DNA of 29,483 nt, from assembly GCA_002189035.1 (NCBI GenBank), contig NEEC01000515.1, forward strand, positions 1 through 29,483, written 5' to 3'. The translations under genes were made by a program, and so were the position numbers. This DNA is from Utricularia gibba. Taxonomy: Eukaryota > Plantae > Magnoliophyta. The notes beneath the pieces are model-generated. The model saw only the letters and a program-made list of their open reading frames with translations, did no database searches and had not been told where the DNA came from. Below, one piece after another: positions 21,707 to 29,483 of the stretch (its first letter is position 1; the number at the start of each line of letters is the position of its first letter).

Positions 21707-24700
21707 GTGCACGTGATATCGCAATTTAAACAAATGCAACATTGTATTCATCGATTTGCATCCTTTTGTCCTCATGAGCCATAAAGAATCGGGCCCGGAC
21801 CAAGTTCCTAGCGAGACTGGCCGCCACAAAACGAGAAGCTGTTCCTTGAAAAACCATGTAGGCAACACCGAAAACCGAACGTTAATAAATACATCACTTT
21901 CTTTGCCGGCTACAACTTACTTTGGGCCAAGGCCTAAGCTGATCTTTTTCCGGTTCCAAGTGCACCCAAAGACCGCCTTCTCAAGTATAAAGTAAGTTGT
22001 TGAAAAAATCATGTGGGGTGCACGTGACATCATAATTTAAACAAATGATCATTTTTTTTAATCGATTTGCATCCAGTTGACCTCATGAGCCATACAGAAT
22101 CGGGGTCAAGGACCAAGTTCCCAGCGAGACTGGCCGCCACAAAACGAGAAGCGGTTCCTTGAAAAACCATGTAGGCAGCCCCCGAAAACCGAACGATAAT
22201 AAATACATCACTTTTTGCCGGACTACAACTAACTTCGGCCAAGCCAAACCTTACCTTTGTCCGTTCCAGGTGCACCCAAAGACCGCCTGCTCAAGTATAA
22301 AGTAAGTTGTTGAAAAAATCATGTGGGGTGCACGTGATATCGCAATTTAAACAAATGCAACATTGTATTCATCGATTTGCATCCTTTTGTCCTCATGAGC
22401 CATAAAGAATCGCGGGCCCGGACCAAGTTCCTAGCGAGACTGGCCGCCACAAAACGAGAAGCTGTTCCTTGAAAAACCATGTAGGCAACACCGAAAACCG
22501 AACGTTAATAAATACATCACTTTCTTTGCCGGGCTACAACTTACTTTGGGCCAAGGCCTAAGCTGATTTTTCCGGTTCCAAGTGCACCCAAAGACCGCCT
22601 TCTCAAGTATAAAGTAAGTTGTTGAAAAAATCATGTGGGGTGCACGTGACATCATAATTTAAACAAATGGATCATTTTTTTAATCGATTTGCATCCAGTT
22701 GACCTCATGAGCCATACAGAATCGGGGTCAAGGACCAAGTTCCCAGCGAGACTGGCCGCCACAAAACGAGAAGCGGTTCCTTGAAAAACCATGTAGGCAG
22801 CCCCCGAAAACCGAACGATAATAAATACATCACTTTATTTGCCGGACTACAACTAACCAAGCCAAACCTTACCTTTTTCCGTTCCAAGTGCACCCAAAGA
22901 CCGCCTCTCAGTATAAAGTAAGTTGTTAAAAAATCATGTGGGGTGCACGTGATATCGCAATTTAAACAAATGATTTGCATCCTTTTGTCCTCATGAGCCA
23001 TAAAGAATCGCGGGCCCGGACCAAGTTCCTAGCGAGACTGGCCGCCACAAAACGAGAAGCTGTTCCTTGAAAAACCATGTAGGCAACACGAAAACCGAAC
23101 GTTAATAAATACATCACTTTCTTTGCCGGGCTACAACTTACTTTGGGCCAAGGCCTAAGCTGATCTTTTTCCGGTTCCAAGTGCACCCAAAGACCGCCTT
23201 CTCAAGTATAAAGTAAGTTGTTGAAAAAATCATGTGGGGTGCACGTGACATCATAATTTAAACAAATGGATCATTTTTTTTAATCGATTTGCATCCAGTT
23301 GACCTCATGAGCCATACAGAATCGGGGTCAAGGACCAAGTTCCCAGCGAGACTGGCCGCCACAAAACGAGAAGCGGTTCCTTGAAAAACCATGTAGGCAG
23401 CCCCCGAAAACCGAACGATAATAAATACATCACTTTATTTGCCGGACTACAACTAACTCTCGGTGCAAGCCAAACCTTACCTTTGTCCCGTTCCAGTGCA
23501 CCCAAAGACCGCCTGCTCAAGTATAAAGTAAGTTGTTAAAAAATCATGTGGGGTGCACGTGATATCGCAATTTAAACAAATGCAACATTGTATTCATCGA
23601 TTTGCATCCTTTGTCCTCATGAGCCATAAAGAATCGCGGGCCCGGACCAAGTTCCTAGCGAGACTGGCCGCCACAAAACGAGAAGCTGTTCCTTGAAAAA
23701 CCATGTAGGCAACACCGAAAACCGAACGTTAATAAATACATCACTTTCTTTGCCGGGCTACAACTTACTTTGGGCCAAGGCCTAAGCTGATCTTTTTCCG
23801 GTTCCAAGTGCACCCAAAGACCGCCTTCTCAAGTATAAAGTAAGTTGTTGAAAAAATCATGTGGGGTGCACGTGACATCATAATTTAAACAAATGGATCA
23901 TTTTTTTTAATCGATTTGCATCCAGTTGACCTCATGAGCCATACAGAATCGGGGTCAAGGACCAAGTTCCCAGCGAGACTGGCCGCCACAAAACGAGAAG
24001 CGGTTCCTTGAAAAACCATGTAGGCAGCCCCCGAAAACCGAACGATAATAAATACATCACTTTATTTGCCGGACTACAACTAACTCTCGGTGCAAGCCAA
24101 ACCTTACCTTTGTCCCGTTCCAGGTGCACCCAAAGACCGCCCTCAAGTATAAAGTAAGTTGAAAAAATCATGTGGGGTGCACGTGATATCGCAATTTAAA
24201 CAAATGCAACATTGTATTCATCGATTTGCATCCTTTTGTCCTCATGAGCCATAAAGAATCGCGGGCCCGGACCAAGTTCCTAGCGAGACTGGCCGCCACA
24301 AAACGAGAAGCTGTTCCTTGAAAAACCATGTAGGCAACACCGAAAACCGAAACGTTAATAAATACATCACTTTCTTTGCCGGGCTACAACTTACTTTGGG
24401 CCAAGGCCTAAGCTGATCTTTTTCCGGTTCCAAGTGCACCCAAAGACCGCCTTCTCAAGTATAAAGTAAGTTGTTGAAAAAATCATGTGTGCACGTGACA
24501 TCATAATTAAACAAATGGATCATTTTTTTTAATCGATTTGCATCCAGTTGACCTCATGAGCCATACAGAAGGTCGACCAAGTTCCCAGCGAGACTGGCCG
24601 CCACAAACGAGAAGCGGTTCCTTGAAAAACCATGTAGGCAGCCCCCGAAAACCGAACGATAATAAATACATCACTTTATTTGCCGGACTACAACTAACAT

Positions 24701-27700
24701 GCAAGCCAAACCTTACCTTTGTCCGTTCCAGTGCACCCAAAGACCGCCTGCTCAAGTATAAAGTAAGTTGTTGAAAAAATCATGTGGGGTGCACGTGATA
24801 TCGCAATTTAAACAAATGCAACATTGTATTCATCGATTTGCATCCTTTTGTCCTCATGAGCCATAAAGAATCGCGGGCCCGGACCAAGTTCCTAGCGAGA
24901 CTGGCCGCCACAAAACGAGAAGCTGTTCCTTGAAAAACCATGTAGGCAACACCGAAAACCGAACGTTAATAAATACATCACTTTCTTTGCCGGGCTACAA
25001 CTTACTTTGGGCCAAGGCCTAAGCTGATCTTTTTCCGGTTCCAAGTGCACCCAAAGACCGCCTTCTCAGTATAAAGTAAGTTGTTGAAAAAATCATGTGG
25101 GGTGCACGTGACATCATAATTTAAACAAATGGATCATTTTTTTAATCGATTTGCATCCAGTTGACCTCATGAGCCATACAGAATCGGGTCAAGGACCAAG
25201 TTCCCAGCGAGACTGGCCGCCACAAAACGAGAAGCGGTTCCTTGAAAAACCATGTAGGCAGCCCCCGAAAACCGAACGATAATAAATACATCACTTTATT
25301 TGCCGGACTACAACTAACTCTCGGGCAAGCCAAACCTACCTTTTTTCCGTTCCAGGTGCCCCAAGACCGCCTCTCAAGTATAAAGTAAGTTGTTGAAAAA
25401 ATCATGTGGGTGCACGTGATATCGCAATTTAAACAAATGCAACATCATCGATTTGCATCCTTTTGTCCTCATGAGCCATAAAGAATCGCGGGCCCGGACC
25501 AAGTTCCTAGCGAGACTGGCCGCCACAAAACGAGAAGCTGTTCCTTGAAAAACCATGTAGGCAACACGAAAACCGAACGTTAATAAATACATCACTTTCT
25601 TTGCCGGGCTACAACTTACTTTGGGCCAAGGCCTAAGCTGATCTTTTTCCGGTTCCAAGTGCACCCAAAGACCGCCTTCTCAAGTATAAAGTAAGTTGTT
25701 GAAAAAATCATGTGGGTGCACGTGACATCATAATTTAAACAAATGGATCATTTTTTTAATCGATTTGCATCCAGTTGACCTCATGAGCCATACAGAATCG
25801 GGGTCAAGGACCAAGTTCCCAGCGAGACTGGCCGCCACAAAACGAGAAGCGGTTCCTTGAAAAACCATGTAGGCAGCCCCGAAAACCGAACGATAATAAA
25901 TACATCACTTTATTTGCCGGACTACAACTAACTCTCGGTGCAAGCCAAACCTTACCTTTGTCCCGTTCCAGGTGCACCCAAAGACCGCCTGCTCAAGTAT
26001 AAAGTAAGTTGTTGAAAAAATCATGTGGGGTGCACGTGATATCGCAATTTAAACAAATGCAACATTGTATTCATCGATTTGCATCCTTTTGTCCTCATGA
26101 GCCATAAAGAATCGCGGGCCCGGACCAAGTTCCTAGCGAGACTGGCCGCCACAAAACGAGAAGCTGTTCCTGAAAAACCATGTAGGCAACACGAAAACCG
26201 AACGTTAATAAATACATCACTTTCTTTGCCGGGCTACAACTTACTTTGGGCCAAGGCCTAAGCTGATCTTTTTCCGGTTCCAAGTGCACCCAAAGACCGC
26301 CTTCTCAAGTATAAAGTAAGTTGTTTGAAAAAATCATGTGGGGTGCACGTGACATCATAATTTAAACAAATGGATCATTTTTTTTAATCGATTTGCATCC
26401 AGTTGACCTCATGAGCCATACAATCGGGGTCAAGGACCAAGTTCCCAGCGAGACTGGCCGCCACAAAACGAGAAGCGGTTCCTTGAAAAACCATGTAGGC
26501 AGCCCCCGAAAACCGAACGATAATAAATACATCACTTTATTTGCCGGACTACAACTAACTCTCGGTGCAAGCCAAACCTTACCTTTGTCCCGTTCCAGGT
26601 GCACCCAAAGACCGCCTCCTCAAGTATAAAGTAAGTTGTTGAAAAAATCATGTGGGGTGCACGTGATATCGCAATTTAAACAAATGCAACATTGTATTCA
26701 TCGATTTGCATCCTTTTGTCCTCATGAGCCATAAAGAATCGCGGGCCCGGACCAAGTTCCTAGCGAGACTGGCCGCCACAAAACGAGAAGCTGTTCCTTG
26801 AAAAACCATGTAGCAACACCGAAAACCGAACGTTAATAAATACATCACTTTCTTTGCCGGGCTACAACTTACTTTGGGCCAAGGCCTAAGCTGATCTTTT
26901 TCCGGTTCCAAGTGCACCCAAAGACCGCCTTCTCAAGTATAAAGTAAGTTGTTGAAAAAATCATGTGGGGTGCACGTGACATCATAATTTAAACAAATGG
27001 ATCATTTTTTTTAATCGATTTGCATCCAGTTGACCTCATGAGCCATACAGAATCGGGTCAAGGACCAAGTTCCCAGCGAGACTGGCCGCCACAAAACGAG
27101 AAGCGGTTCCTTGAAAAACCATGTAGGCAGCCCCGAAAACCGAACGATAATAAATACATCACTTTATTTGCCGGACTACAACTAACGCAAGCCAAACCTT
27201 ACCTTTTTCCGTTCCAAGTGCCCCCAAGACCGCCTCCTCAATAAAGTTGAAAAAATCATGTGGGTGCACGTGATATCGCAATTTAAACAAATGCAACATT
27301 GTATTCATCGATTTGCATCCTTTTGTCCTCATGAGCCATAAAGAATCGCGGGCCCGGACCAAGTTCCTAGCGAGACTGGCCGCCACAAAACGAGAAGCTG
27401 TTCCTTGAAAAACCATGTAGGCAACACCGAAAACCGAACGTTAATAAATACATCACTTTCTTTGCCGGGCTACAACTTACTTTGGGCCAAGGCCTAAGCT
27501 GATCTTTTTCCGGTTCCAAGTGCACCCAAAGACCGCCTTCTCAAGTATAAAGTAAGTTGTTGAAAAAATCATGTGGGGTGCACGTGACATCATAATTTAA
27601 ACAAATGATCATTTTTTTTTAATCGATTTGCATCCAGTTGACCTCATGAGCCATACAGAATCGGGTCAAGGACCAAGTTCCCAGCGAGACTGGCCGCCAC

Positions 27701-29483
27701 AAAACGAGAAGCGGTTCCTTGAAAAACCATGTAGGCAGCCCCCGAAAACCGAACGATAATAAATACATCACTTTATTTGCCGGACTACAACTAACTCTCG
27801 GTGCAAGCCAAACCTTACCTTTGTCCCGTTCCAGGTGCACCCAAAGACCGCCTGCTCAAGTATAAAGTAAGTTGTTGAAAAAATCATGTGGGGTGCACGT
27901 GATATCGCAATTTAAACAAATGCAACATTGTATTCATCGATTTGCATCCTTTTGTCCTCATGAGCCATAAAGAATCGCGGGCCCGGACCAAGTTCCTAGC
28001 GAGACTGGCCGCCACAAAACGAGAAGCTGTTCCTTGAAAAACCATGTAGGCAACACGAAAACCGAACGTTAATAAATACATCACTTTCTTTGCCGGGCTA
28101 CAACTTACTTTGGGCCAAGGCCTAAGCTGATCTTTTTCCGGTTCCAAGTGCACCCAAAGACCGCCTCTCAAGTATAAAGTAAGTTGTTGAAAAAATCATG
28201 TGGGGTGCACGTGACATCATAATTTAAACAAATGGATCATTTTTTTTAATCGATTTGCATCCAGTTGACCTCATGAGCCATACAGAATCGGGGTCAAGGA
28301 CCAAGTTCCCAGCGAGACTGGCCGCCACAAAACGAGAAGCGGTTCCTTGAAAACCATGTAGGCAGCCCCCGAAAACCGAACGATAATAAATACATCACTT
28401 TATTTGCCGGACTACAACTAACTCTCGGCAAGCCAAACCTTACCTTTGTCCCGTTCCAGGTGCACCCAAAGACCGCCTGCTCAAGTATAAAGTAAGTTGT
28501 TGAAAAAATCATGTGGGGTGCACGTGATATCGCAATTTAAACAAATGCAACATTGTATTCATCGATTTGCATCCTTTTGTCCTCATGAGCCATAAAGAAT
28601 CGCGGGCCCGGACCAAGTTCCTAGCGAGACTGGCCGCCACAAAACGAGAAGCTGTTCCTTGAAAAACCATGTAGGCAACACCGAAAACCGAACGTTAATA
28701 AATACATCACTTTCTTTGCCGGGCTACAACTTACTTTGGGCCAAGGCCTAAGCTGATCTTTTTCCGGTTCCAAGTGCACCCAAAGACCGCCTTCTCAAGT
28801 ATAAAGTAAGTTGTTGAAAAAATCATGTGGGGTGCACGTGACATCATAATTTAAACAAATGGATCATTTTTTTTAATCGATTTGCATCCAGTTGACCTCA
28901 TGAGCCATACAGAATCGGGGTCAAGGACCAAGTTCCCAGCGAGACTGGCCGCCACAAAACGAGAAGCGGTTCCTTGAAAAACCATGTAGGCAGCCCCCGA
29001 AAACCGAACGATAATAAATACATCACTTTATTTGCCGGACTACAACTAACTCTCGTGCAAGCCAAACCTTACCTTTGTCCCGTTCCAGGTGCACCCAAAG
29101 ACCGCCTGCTCAAGTATAAAGTAAGTTGTTGAAAAAATCATGTGGGGTGCACGTGATATCGCAATTTAAACAAATGCAACATTGTATTCATCGATTTGCA
29201 TCCTTTTGTCCTCATGAGCCATAAAGAATCGCGGGCCCGGACCAAGTTCCTAGCGAGACTGGCCGCCACAAAACGAGAAGCTGTTCCTTGAAAAACCATG
29301 TAGGCAACACCGAAAACCGAACGTTAATAAATACATCACTTTCTTTGCCGGGCTACAACTTACTTTGGGCCAAGGCCTAAGCTGATCTTTTTCCGGTTCC
29401 AAGTGCACCCAAAGACCGCCTTCTCAAGTATAAAGTAAGTTGTTGAAAAATCATGTGGGTGCACGTGACATCATAATTTAAAC

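Larger units (their letters stand above)
1..29483 (+). repeat. Tandem satellite DNA array, ~315-bp monomer, ~95 copies, head-to-tail, single orientation, running off both window ends
   Basis: The anchor AATCATGTGGGGTGCACGTGA recurs every ~295-317 bp throughout (e.g. 15773, 16086, 16401, 16715, 17031), with one 219-bp exception at 9644-9862. I saw no non-repeat sequence and no inverted monomer. Confidence 0.99.
15141..29483 (+). repeat. Homogeneous AB-dimer sub-domain (~23 HOR copies, one phase slip at ~21.4 kb)
   Basis: A/B alternate strictly, with dimer spacings of 628-631 bp in the cleanest stretch (15.5-21.1 kb). Differences between copies are mostly small deletions. Confidence 0.9.

Noticed and set aside
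42-28512. All supplied ORFs (60-112 aa; e.g. MHLEPEKDQLRPWPK..., MHLERDKGKVWLAPR..., MVFQGTASRF...)
   Set aside because: They recur with the repeat period in shifting frames, are freely broken by indels between copies, and show no recognisable domain. They are chance open frames in satellite DNA.
1-29483. CRISPR array
   Set aside because: There are no unique spacers; the whole unit repeats, the period is far too long, and no cas genes are present.
1-29483. CENP-B box or telomeric repeats
   Set aside because: I saw no NTTCGNNNNANNCGGGN match and no TTAGGG/TTTAGGG runs on either strand by eye.
1-29483. Rolling-circle concatemer of a small circular DNA or viroid-like RNA
   Set aside because: Copies fall into systematic A/B/C types with positional zoning, phase slips and long-range shared variants, which a single circular template would not give. 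No rod-like self-complementarity or ribozyme is evident.
1-29483. Assignment to a named satellite family or species (e.g. plant subtelomeric repeats of ~313-314 bp or 155-156-bp grass centromeric repeats)
   Set aside because: Only the length and a few short motifs are reminiscent. I cannot verify sequence homology without a database search, so no name is given.
1-29483. Transposon insertion, LTR or inversion within the array
   Set aside because: Every segment read aligns to the monomer in the same orientation. I saw no foreign sequence, terminal inverted repeat plus target-site duplication, or strand switch.

Overview
The whole 29,483-bp window is one uninterrupted, single-orientation satellite-type tandem array with no credible genes. 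It holds about 95 head-to-tail monomers of about 315 bp (anchor GTGCACGTGA, counted by hand at 292, 601, 911 ... 29147, ~29459). The array is hierarchical. (i) Each monomer is an old, diverged dimer of ~157-bp subunits. (ii) Two monomer types, A (314 bp) and B (316 bp), differ at ~40 positions (~87% identical by hand alignment) and alternate to give a 630-bp higher-order repeat (HOR). (iii) The left half (~0.9-15.1 kb) carries a third, C-type junction haplotype and traces of a larger 9/15-monomer (~4.6-4.7 kb) duplication. The right half (~15.1-29.5 kb) is a near-homogeneous AB array. The A/B alternation slips phase four times, and three slips break at the same 24-bp conserved block, which is also the subunit boundary. 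All supplied ORFs are periodic by-products of the repeat. The organism and any centromeric or subtelomeric role cannot be determined from sequence alone. The many deletion-biased small indels and blended alleles may partly be long-read consensus artefacts. All counts are manual.
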